Assembly (NCBI GenBank): GCA_051294375.1
Contig: CM119268.1
Location: 4,082,404-4,146,403, forward strand
Source of the DNA: Paraspadella gotoi
Lineage: Eukaryota > Animalia > Chaetognatha
DNA: 64,000 nucleotides
Direction: 5' to 3'
Shown here: positions 53,444 to 64,000 of the stretch, one piece after another
How the letters are laid out: each line of letters begins with the position of its first letter
How positions within the stretch are numbered: position 1 is the first letter of the stretch
The notes under the pieces: model-generated
What the model saw: only the letters and a program-made list of their open reading frames with translations
Databases searched by the model: none
What the model was told of the DNA's origin: nothing
Program-made: the position numbers and the translations under genes

Positions 53444-54374
53444 TTTTGATGCAAAATCTTTTTTATTCATGTCATGTCATGGACATGTCATTATCAATGT
53501 ATCACCGTAAAAATAAAGTCCACATAGGAATTACCGTTCTTGTTTTTTTATTTTATTTTCAAAAAAGAATTATGGACTTATGAAGTTTATTTTATCAAAT
53601 GGAAAAAAAAAATTATTTTTTAACTCGGTTTAATCCATTTTTTATTTGACCTTTTATGTTAATATTTATTCGGATTATTATTGGGAGGAGGAAATTAAAA
53701 TTAAGGTATTTGACTATTTCATGAAAATTAATTAATTGTCAGATGAGTATTTTTTTTTTCTCAATCCATCCAATTTTTTTTTTATTAATAAACAAAAACG
53801 ATATCAACACAATAAAAAAAAGTAACGAAACGATAACACCGTAAAAAACATCTAGAACCCCGGTAACAATAAAAATACTACAAAGATTACCAATTAAAAA
53901 ACCAACAACATCAATAACAATATAACACTACGGAATGTATATAAAATGTTTAAAAACGACAATATATATTTATCATGAATCAATTAAAATAAACGTCATG
54001 AACTAATTCATGAGTTAAAAAACATTAAAACGTTCTCCAATATTATAATAAGCCGTCGCTTTGAAGCTTTTATCGTTCGTTCTCACAATTTGCATCAAGT
54101 TTTTTAAACTAATTTAATTCCTGATTCCGATGCGGGATTTTGGAGTCACGACGATAACAATAAAGACAACCAAATACTCGGGGTTTTTTTGGGTATCCGG
54201 TTCAAATTGTAAAGAAAAACAAACTAATTTCCAAGAGTTACGAAATACTTATCACCGTTATCATTAAACTAAAGAAAAGCAATTATATACTTTTTAGTTC
54301 ATTTGCGAAAAAGATCGCTTTCCCTATGAGGAAGTTTTCCAAGAAAATGATAACCATGGCCGCATGAAAATCAA

Positions 54375-54408
<34 letters not shown>

Positions 54409-54760
54409 CTAATGAAGCATGACAAACTTGGGAAAAAAAAACATAAACCCAAAGAAGCCCCAGAGGAAGAGACGCGAAGGATACTAATTCCTTGTTTGAT
54501 AATTCAACATTTTAAAACACAAAACAAGTTTGAACAAAAAAAATTGTCGGATCTCCCCCCACGAGTTTCAAGTTAATTACATTAATTAATTAGGTTAAAT
54601 AATTGATGATCCAAATGTTTGTTTTGATTGATAATTGACTGATTAATTAAGTATTGATTAATTAAATACTTCTTGCATTTACAGTTTAATATAAAAAGAA
54701 AAAAGAAGCCGGTAAAACCAATAAGTGAAACAGGTTTTTGTTTTTTTTCCATTTAAAACT
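53444..54760 (+). repeat. Block duplicated at ~62700-64000; its right part belongs to an AT-rich (TTAA-rich) repeat family also inverted at ~7040-7420
   Basis: Colinear match. Shared ggcagatccg / ttaattaatcagtcaatt / gtttcact motifs. Confidence 0.85.
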
Positions 54761-57700
54761 TCATCCACTTTAAACGATCCATCGAAAACTCTTCATATTC
54801 CCAACTCAATCATACATTTCCACCCGACACACCCAAATCAGCCAATCCATCTATCCAATCACGAGTAATTGGAGGGCTATAATCTTAAGGGGTAGGAAAA
54901 CGGACGGCAAGGACGGACACCAATTTTTTTTGCATAATTTATCATTATTTGAGGTTCTGAGATGATCGAAGTGAATGACCAACAAGATTGGGGGGTGGAC
55001 AGACGGGAACCGACAAAGTAAATTATAGAGTCGGAATGCTGCGATATGCCAGATCCGACTAAAAATTTAAAAAAAAAAAACAAAAGGCTGTCAAGGCGTG
55101 TTTAAAGCGGGCAAACGTGTTTCGCTTCAAAAAAAACGCGGGTTTCTTTATTTTTTTGTTTTTATTGTTTGGTTTTAAATTATATTGATTAAAAGAGTTT
55201 CTACTGAATAATTCGAAGATAATTTAAAAAGAAAACATAAACAAATGTTTATGTAAACAAGTTTGAGCAAACGCTCTTTTCCCAGAATGCCATATTTCTG
55301 TAACTTTTTCCCCGGAATTACTTTTACTTTAGTATATAACCAAAGTATATTGCTAAAATTTATAATCTAATCCCAAACCCTATTCTTAAAGCTTTAAACC
55401 TAAACCTTGAACCCTAACCTGTTTTTCTATTTTCTAACACCTAAACCCCTAACCCTTAACCCTAATCCACTACCAGAATCTCTTAACTTAATTTTTATTA
55501 TTTAACCTCTAAACCTTAATTATCTCTAACTAAAATTATCTTTCTAACTAATAAATTATTCTCTAACCTAAATTATTTTCTAACTAATTATCTCTAAAGC
55601 TTAATTATCTCTAACTAATTATTATTAATTATATCCTAGAATTACCAAGCCTAATCTCTAACCTAATCCAAAGCTTTTCCCCGAACGTTAAGCTTGGACT
55701 TGAAAAATTAATCTAATTCCGAATTTAAGTAATAAATGGCGTTTTTGAAAAATAAGTCCAATTCCTTATGATATTCTGCCATACAAATTTTTTCTTATTA
55801 TGACGGTGAATGCAATATTAGCGTCACGAGCTAAGGTGGGTGGGTCGAGACGAGATTTTATGTGCGAAGGGAGAGAAGAGAGAGATGAGAAAGACGAGAC
55901 AGACAGAGAGAAGAGAGAGAGAGGAAGAGCCGAACCGAGATGAAGAGAGAGAGAGTAGTTACGCAAAATAATCCATGCCATGTAATATAATTATTTGTGT
56001 GTCTGTTTGTTTTTTTGCTTACTTTATGGAAATCGTTTCCAGTAAGACAATATCTTATTTATGTGTTTTGACAAACAAGTTTCTTGAACATGAAAAATCC
56101 CGGATGGAGGCTTTGAAAGAAAAGGAAAAAAAAGAAAAGAAAAAAAAAACGAAAAAGGAAAATGGAAGACAAAGAAAAAAAGAAAGAACAACAAAATATA
56201 CTTAGAAATAAAGAAAGAAAGTAACAAAGAAAGAGAAACAAAAGCAACCAAAGAAAGAAAAGAAATAAAGATACAGAGAAAAAAGAAAGAAAGAAAAGAA
56301 AAGGAAAAGAAAAGAAAAGAAAAAAAAAAGAAAAAGAAAAGAAAAGGAAAAGAAAAGGGGGGGAAAAGGAAAAGAAAAGAAAAAGAAAAGGAAAGGAAAA
56401 AGGAAAGAAAAGAAAAAAAATGAAAATAAAAGAAAGAGAGACAAGTGACGCCGCCAAAAGCTTATTCTCCCATTCAGCCCCGACGATCGCAGAGAGAAAA
56501 AAAAGTATATTCTTTGAATGGATCCTTGCCCCTAGAAGCCCAGAGTCAGAAACAACACACACACCACACCTCAGACACACACACCAAAACCCCGAACTTT
56601 CGCTGCGATTTTTTCCCTTTTCGCCTTTTTTTTCCTCCACCAGTCTTTCCACAAGAAGCGGGTCCACATTTTGCTGAGGCCCTTAATCGTCTTATTTCTG
56701 CCCAAGTCTTCCGCCAAAGAAAACTTCTTATATTTTCTCCGCGTCTTATAATTCTTTTTTTTTTCTTTAAGGGTTTTGATATTTATTCGCGAGCGAGGTT
56801 TTATAACGTCTTAAAAAATATTGTTTTATTCACTAAAATGTTGAAAGATGTAAATTCTATATTATATTGGTTACTTAGGGTTCTAGGGGACTAACTATTT
56901 CATTTTATAAGCAAAGCAAGAAAAAGGTAATTTGCCTTCCTTTTTTCTCTCCTTATTCTCTTTATAGCCAAACGAACATATAATCATAAATTTTCCCTTA
57001 AAACTTAAATTCATTCTCGTATTCTTTTTCTTACCACTTTCTTTCTCGTTTTTCGCGCCTCATCCTGTATGAGCGCCGAGACATTTCTGCCGGATTGAAC
57101 AAGATGTAATGTAGCAGAGAGGCTTTATTAGAATACTAAGACAGTCCGGGCGCCCTAAACAGTTACTAAGGTACTTAACAATGAAATCGAGAGGTCCAAT
57201 AGCTATGGGAGATTTTCAACATACGTATTATTTTTTTTTTTTTTGAATCACTTGAAATTAAATGTTATTCGGTTAAACTAATGAAGATTTATTGGAGCTG
57301 GGGAAAGAAAAGGTGTTTGAGTGAAGCTTGTGGGAGGAAAATAAACTAAAAAATTTAAAAAAAGAGGAAGAAAGAGAGAAAAAAAGAAAGACAAGAGGAA
57401 AGAATGGAAAAAAGGGGAAAGAAAGGAACAGAAAAGAAAAGAAAGAAAGAAAGCAGAAAAGTAAGAAAGAAAGGAGAAAGAACAAAAGAAAGAGAGAAAA
57501 AGATAGAAAATAGAGAAAGGAAAACGAAAGAAACAAGAATACAAAGATTACAAAAAGAAACACAGAAAACAAAGTAAGAGATAAGTCAAAAGGAATCGAG
57601 TCTCCAGACGGAGAGGACTTTCCCCGTTTGCGAGAGAAACCAAAATCGCGCTCATGATTACTCTCTCCTTCGCCTCATGACTTCCCCCCTCGAGCCTCTA

Positions 57701-57839
57701 CTTCACTATTATGTACATTTGACCCCCCCCCGCCATAACTAACTTCTAAGAGTGTAACGTTATAATTCTTTCCGCTTATAACTCTGTTCTCTCTCTTTCC
57801 GATTTCTTCACCTCCCCTCCCGCCCCCCGACCCTCGTCC

Positions 57840-58580
57840 CGAAATCCATCGTCTGAAACATGCTCGGTTCTGGTTTATGGGTGGCATCTCGCTGTTTAAG
57901 TTGGTTAACCCCAATTTATGGTAATGGTAATGGGGTTCCAGCTGAGCCGCCCGAGCCGACGACACATATAATGACGGGAGCGGGAAACGGCGCGAATAAA
58001 AAAGATGGGCAAAACGGACGGCAATGACGAGAAAACGCTGTGGCATTGCCGGTCCAAACGCCGCCGGCGGGGTGGCGAGTGAAATGGCAAAGAGACTCGC
58101 GGGATCGATGGAAGAACAATGGCAATCGAGAGAGAAGAGAGAGAGAGAGAGTGAGAGAGCAGAGAAGAAGAGAGACGGAATGGAGAGCGAACGAGAGATT
58201 GCTGAGAGGAGAAGGAGAGAGAGAGAGAAAGAGGAGAGAGAGAAAGAGAGAAGGATGAGAGAGAGAGAGAGGAGAGCGGAAGAGAGAGGAGGGAAGGCAT
58301 TCATTTGAGAAAAGAAAAAAAGTCTCTCCGATCAGGAGGTGAATGAAATGAAATGTGGCTTCAGGGCGCATATTTTGATAAACGTAAGATTCGAAAATTA
58401 TTGATGTGTGACTCACAACTACAACACGCAACATCAATTTACTACTGTATTATTTATGGCCAAACATAACAACGGAATTTAAACTAATAGACTATTGATG
58501 AAATATTTTATATGAAAAAAATTACTTTTCAAATAACATTCGTTTATCAATCTATGACGTCAGAGACCTATTAATTATTA

Positions 58581-58618
<38 letters not shown>

Positions 58619-59369
58619 CCAACCAAAAAATTTTCTAATTTTTTATCCAGAAAAAAAAAGGCTTGATCTTCTTTCTGCCACCTAGCCGCACAACCAATCC
58701 CGCGCCACCAAGCAGCCGTACCAAGCAGCGCCACCATCGGCATTGTCCGCCAGAAAATATCGGTCTAATTCTGCAATGCCGTAGATTTTACGAGTTTTTT
58801 TTCTTTTTTTGGGGGGGGGCAACGAGTTTTGGCGGCAGTTAGGCTTTTATTGAGTCGGCCTTGAATGCCACCTAGTTGGTGACGACGTGTTGGTCGTGTC
58901 GTCGTCGTCGTCTCGTCGTTATTGTCCTTGTCGTGTCGTTTTCGTCATCTTATTGTCCCTGTCGTCATCGTCGTCGTTGTCATCGCATTCGTCGTTGACG
59001 TCGTCATCGTCATCGTCTCTTGGCGCCTCTGTCGTCGATCGTGGTCGTCGTGTCAACGTCTTTGTCGTTATCGTCGTTTTCCTCGTCGTCGTCTGCGCCG
59101 AGAAACGACAAATTGCATTGAATTCGACTAATTAGAAGAAGAAACAATTTGACAAAATGGACTGACAATCTTTTTTTCCCAAAACGTTTGACAGAATCGC
59201 GTTTAGAAAAAAATGGTTCAATCCCGAAAAAAGTTTGGAGAGACAGAATTTTGGCGTTGCTGTGTGAAAAAAAAAAACTAGTGATTTTTGCCACTCTGTC
59301 TTCTCTTTCTCTCTCTCTCTATCTCTCTCTATCTCTTCTCTCTCTCTCTCTCGGCTCTCTCTCTCTTCT

Positions 59370-59420
<51 letters not shown>

Positions 59421-59574
59421 CTCTCTCAGTGGCAAAAAAGGCAAAGTCCCCAGGTGAATCGCTGGAATGCCACCTTGAAGTTGAGAAACCAGAGATAAAA
59501 AAATGTGAAACCTAACAAGAGAGAAAGGGAGAGAGAGAGAGAGAGAGAGATAGGAGAGAGAGACGAAGAGAGAG

Positions 59575-59608
<34 letters not shown>

Positions 59609-61398
59609 TAGAGAGAAGAAGAGAGAGAGAGTATGCTATACAGAAGGTCCCCTTGTATTCACGCATTCTCCGATGCAGCGACAGCTGCGCTTAGCGGCTG
59701 TCCCTGCCTTCGGACTTACTTCGCTCGGCTCATCTTACCCCTCTTCCTCTCTCCTTTTCTTATCTCCGGATCGCCGCGACTGCAAAGTCGATCCGAACCG
59801 CAGCTACTACTTACTCTTTTCTCTCTCTCTTACGCAATTATGTAAAATCGTTTTGAATATGAAACTATTTCTATGGACGCCAAAAATATTGTTTCAACTA
59901 AAAAGTGACCTCGGAAAAATAAAGGGAGAGAGAAAGACAAAGTCAAAAAATTATACAAGTTTGAATTGTTTTAAACATCCGTTTGTTTCCTATATCTATT
60001 TTAGCTGACCGACAATCAAAGATTTTTATTTATATTAAAAGAAATTTGTAAAAAAAATGTTTAATAACAATTTAAGAATAAGTCAAAATAGTGAATAAAT
60101 TAAACACCGTTAATATTGCTGTTGTCGATATTACAATAAAAAAAGTTTGTGCTAAAAAGTCTACAACAGTTTTTAACTTGTCTTTTGTCTAAGAAAGCTC
60201 CTATCTCCGTACTGTTTTTAGAGGTTGCCCTATAGCTATACCAGGCCACCAGATTGTTTTTAAATCATTTTAAATCATTTAATCATTTTTAAATCATTTA
60301 ATATAAATTTCAAATTAATTTTTTTTGGTTTGTTCAGTTGAAAAAATATTATATACCCAAAGAAAGAAATAAAAGTAGAAGAAAAAAGAAATCAAGAAAT
60401 TAAAAATCATTGAAAAAAGATTAATTTCCAAAAAAATTTAAAAAAATAAATAAATAAATGTCTCGATAAGAAAGAAAATAAATAAAGAAATTAGTACTAG
60501 TTGTGACGCTCTAAATAAACCGGAAAAACAAACACAACAAAAAACATAAATAAAAATATCATAAGTTTGAAAATTTTTTTTAAAATATGTTTCATTTTAG
60601 TTTATTTGTAATAAATAGTTAAAAGATGATAAAGTAAAGAGTTGATGATTGAAAAAATATTATATTAAAAAAAAAATAAAAGAAAAAGAAAGAGCAAGAA
60701 AGCAACGGATAAGAGAGAGCAAGAGAAAGAGTGATAGAGAGAGAGGAGATCCAGAACCCACCGCGCGGACATCGACCGAAAAAAGCCCGACTCACCATCG
60801 AGAAGAGAAATCTCCCCGATCGAGGGAAAAGCCCGGAAGGAGAAGTGAAGTCGGTCGGAAGCCGCGCGCCGCTGCTCGGTGGGGACGCTGCTCCGGGGAG
60901 TGAAGATATGACTCAGAGAAGAAGAGAGAGGAAGAGAGAGAGATATACCGTGGAATGTTATCTTCAAAAGCAGTTCCCTTTTTCAATTTTCACATGGACC
61001 TCTCTTTCCCCAGTCTCTCTCTTTATTTCGGTTTTCCCCCCTTTTATTTCATTCCTCTCTCTCTCTCTCTCTCTCCTCTCTCTCTGCTCTCTCTCTCTCT
61101 CTCGTCTCTCTCCTCTCTCTCTCTTCTCCACTCTCTCTCTCTCCTCCTCTCTCTCTATGCCGCAGAACACTTCTCCAATTTTTTCCCTTGTTCCTCCAAT
61201 GGCTGTCGTANNNNNNNNNNNNNNNNNNNNNNNNNATCTACGGCATTGCAGAATTAGACCGATATTTCTGGCGGACATGCCGATTGGTGGCGCTGCTTGG
61301 TACGGCTGCTTGGTGGCGCGGATTGGTTGTGCGGCTAGGTGGCAGAAAGAAGATCAAGCCTTTTTTTCTGGATAAAAATTAGAAATTTTTTTGGTTGG

Positions 61399-61459
<61 letters not shown>

Positions 61460-62690
61460 CTCTGACTCAATAGATGAGTAACGAATGTTAATTTTTGAAA
61501 AGTATTTTTTTTTTAAATATAAAAAATTCCCAATCAATATGTTTTGAAAATTCTGGATTGAATGGNNNNNNNNNNGAATGACCCTTTTTCTAAACGCGAT
61601 TCTGTCAAACTTTTTGGAAAAAAGATCGTCAGTCCATTTTGTCAAATTGTTTCTTCTTAATTCAGTCGGAATTCAATGCAATTTGTCGTTTTCTCGGCAG
61701 CAGACGACGACGAAGAAAACGACGATAACAACAAAGACGATGACAACGTCGACGACGACCACAGAGACGACGACAACGAGGGCGCCAACGACGACGACGA
61801 CGACATCGTCACCAACTCAGGTGGCATTCAAGGCCGATTCAATAAAAGCCTAACTGCCGCCAAAACTCGTCCACCCCCAAAAAAAGAAAAGAAAAAAAAA
61901 AAACTCGTAAATCTACGCTTGGCAAGAATTAGACCGATATTTCTGGCGGACAGCCGATTGTGGCGCTGTTTGTACGGCTGACTTGGTGGGCGGTTGGCTT
62001 GTCGCGCAAAAGACGTGCAGAGAGATCCAAGCCTTTCTTTTGGATAAAAATAAAAAAAAACTAGCAAATTTTTTTGGTTGATTATATAATACTAATATAT
62101 ATATATCATAGCCTAGACTCCAATAGCATGATGTAATAATGTTAATTTTTTAAAAGTTTTTTTTTTTTAAATATAAAAAATTCCCAATAAATATGTTTTG
62201 AAAATTCTGGATTGAGTTGTAGTCTAATTACCGTTTAAAACGTATGTATGTTTGCCATNNNNNNNNNNNNNNNNNNNNNNNNNNNNNNNNNNNNNNNNNN
62301 NNNNNNNNNNNNNNNNNNNNNNNNNNNNNNNNNNNNNNNNNNNNNNNNNNNNNNNNNNNNNNNNNNNNNNNNNNNNNNNNNNNNNNNNNNNNNNNNNNNN
62401 NNNNNNNNNNNNNNNNNNNNNNNNNNNNNNNNNNNNNNNNNNNNNNNNNNNNNNNNNNNNNNNNNNNNNNNNNNNNNNNNNNNNNNNNNNNNNNNNNNNN
62501 NNNNNNNNNNNNNNNNNNNNNNNNNNTTTTTCGCGCCGTTTCCCTCCCGTCCTTATATGTCGTCGGCGGCTCGGGCGGCTCCAGCTGGAACCCATTACCA
62601 TTACCATAAATTGGGGTTAACCAAACTTAAACACGCGAGATGCCACCCATAAACCAGAACCGAGATCGTTTCAGACGATGGATTTCGCGA
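57840..62690. repeat. Inverted duplication: ~57840-59210 mirrored at ~61237-62690, with internal re-duplication and N gaps
   Basis: For example 58620-58790 is the reverse complement of 61237-61400 and again of ~61910-62080, and 57840-57995 is the reverse complement of 62527-62686. Confidence 0.85.
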
Positions 62691-63628
62691 GGAGAGATAA
62701 TTTTGATGCAAAAGTCTTATTTTATTCATGTCAATGTCATGACATGTCATTATAATGTATCACAGAAAAAATAAAGTCCACATAGGAATTACCGTTCTTG
62801 TTTTTTTAATTTTATTTTCAAAAAAGAATTATGGACTTATGAAGTTTATTTTTCAAATGGAAAAAAAATTATTTTTTAAGCTCGGCTTTGAATCCATTTT
62901 GTTTATTTGACCTTTTATGTTAATATTATTCGGATTGTATTGAAGGATACAAGAATTAAATTGAGAGTATGCGATTATTTCATTAAGAGTAGAAATTTAA
63001 ATTTAATTGTACATGAGTATTTTTTTTCTCAATTCCACCAATTTTTTTTTTATATAATAACAAAACGATATACAACACAATAAAAAAAAGTAACGAAATC
63101 GATAACACCGTAAAAGAAATCATGGAACCCCGGTAAACAAATAAAATACTACAAAGATCCAAAAATAAAAAAAACCAACTAACATCAATAACAATATAAC
63201 ACTACTGGAATGTTATAAAATGTTTAAAAACGAAAATTTTTTATTCATGAAATCATTAATAAACGTCATGAACTAATTCATGAGTAAAAACATTAAAACG
63301 TTTCTCCATATTATATAAGCCGTCGCTTTGAGCTTTTATCGTCGTTCTCACAATTTGCATCAAGTTTTTAACTAATTTAATCCTGATTCGATGCGGGATT
63401 TTGGAGTCACGACGATAACAATAACAACAACCAAATACTCGGGGTTTTTTTTGTCCGGTTTAAATGTAAAGAAAAACAAACTAATTTCCAAGAGTACGAA
63501 ATACTTATCACGTTATCATTTTAACTAGAAAAAGCAATTATATACTTTTAATTCATTTGGAAAAAGATCGCTTGTCCCTATGAGGAAGTTTTCCAAGAAA
63601 ATGATAACCTGGCCGTGACATAAATCAA

Positions 63629-63668
<40 letters not shown>

Positions 63669-64000
63669 ATCCTTAATGAAGATGACAACTTGGAAAAACA
63701 TAAACCAAGAGAAGCAGAGGAGAGAGATACTAATTCCTTTGTGATTAATTCAACAATTAAAAACAAAAAGTTTGAACAAAAAATGTCGGATCTGCCCACG
63801 ATTCAAGTTAATTAATTAATTAATTAGGTTAATTAATGGATTTGATCCAAAATGTTTGTTTTGATTGATTAATTGACTGATTAATTAATTATTGATTAAT
63901 TAAATACTTCTTGCATTTACAGTTAATATAAAAAGAAAAAAGAAGCGATAAACAAATAAGTGAAACAGGTTTTTTGTTTTTTTTCCATTTAAAACTCATT

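Overview
Eukaryotic, probably invertebrate, nuclear DNA: AT-rich, full of (GA)n, (ATTC)n and (GAC)n microsatellites, with N gaps. The one well-supported host gene is a three-exon minus-strand XK-related (XKR) multipass membrane protein: 17062-16584, 12509-12111 and 4278-2949, all junctions GT-AG and phase 2, about 735 aa. Its introns hold a cluster of small LTR elements that all carry a tRNA-Trp primer-binding site (PBS). (i) A complete TRIM whose LTRs contain a tRNA-like Pol III module (10829-11482). (ii) An unrelated tRNA-headed LTR whose PBS is fused directly to a Gypsy RT/RNase H fragment (15279-16121). (iii) An inverted LTR-PBS-LTR fold-back (12610-13142). At 293-368 there is a near full-length tRNA-Lys(CUU) copy with encoded CCA, a broken acceptor stem and no terminator. 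From about 17.8 kb onward the window is mostly repeats and multi-kb duplicated blocks with indel noise, probably partly assembly artefact, plus two frameshifted coding-like regions. Most short ORFs in the track are microsatellite translations. All alignments were done by eye, so repeat boundaries are approximate.
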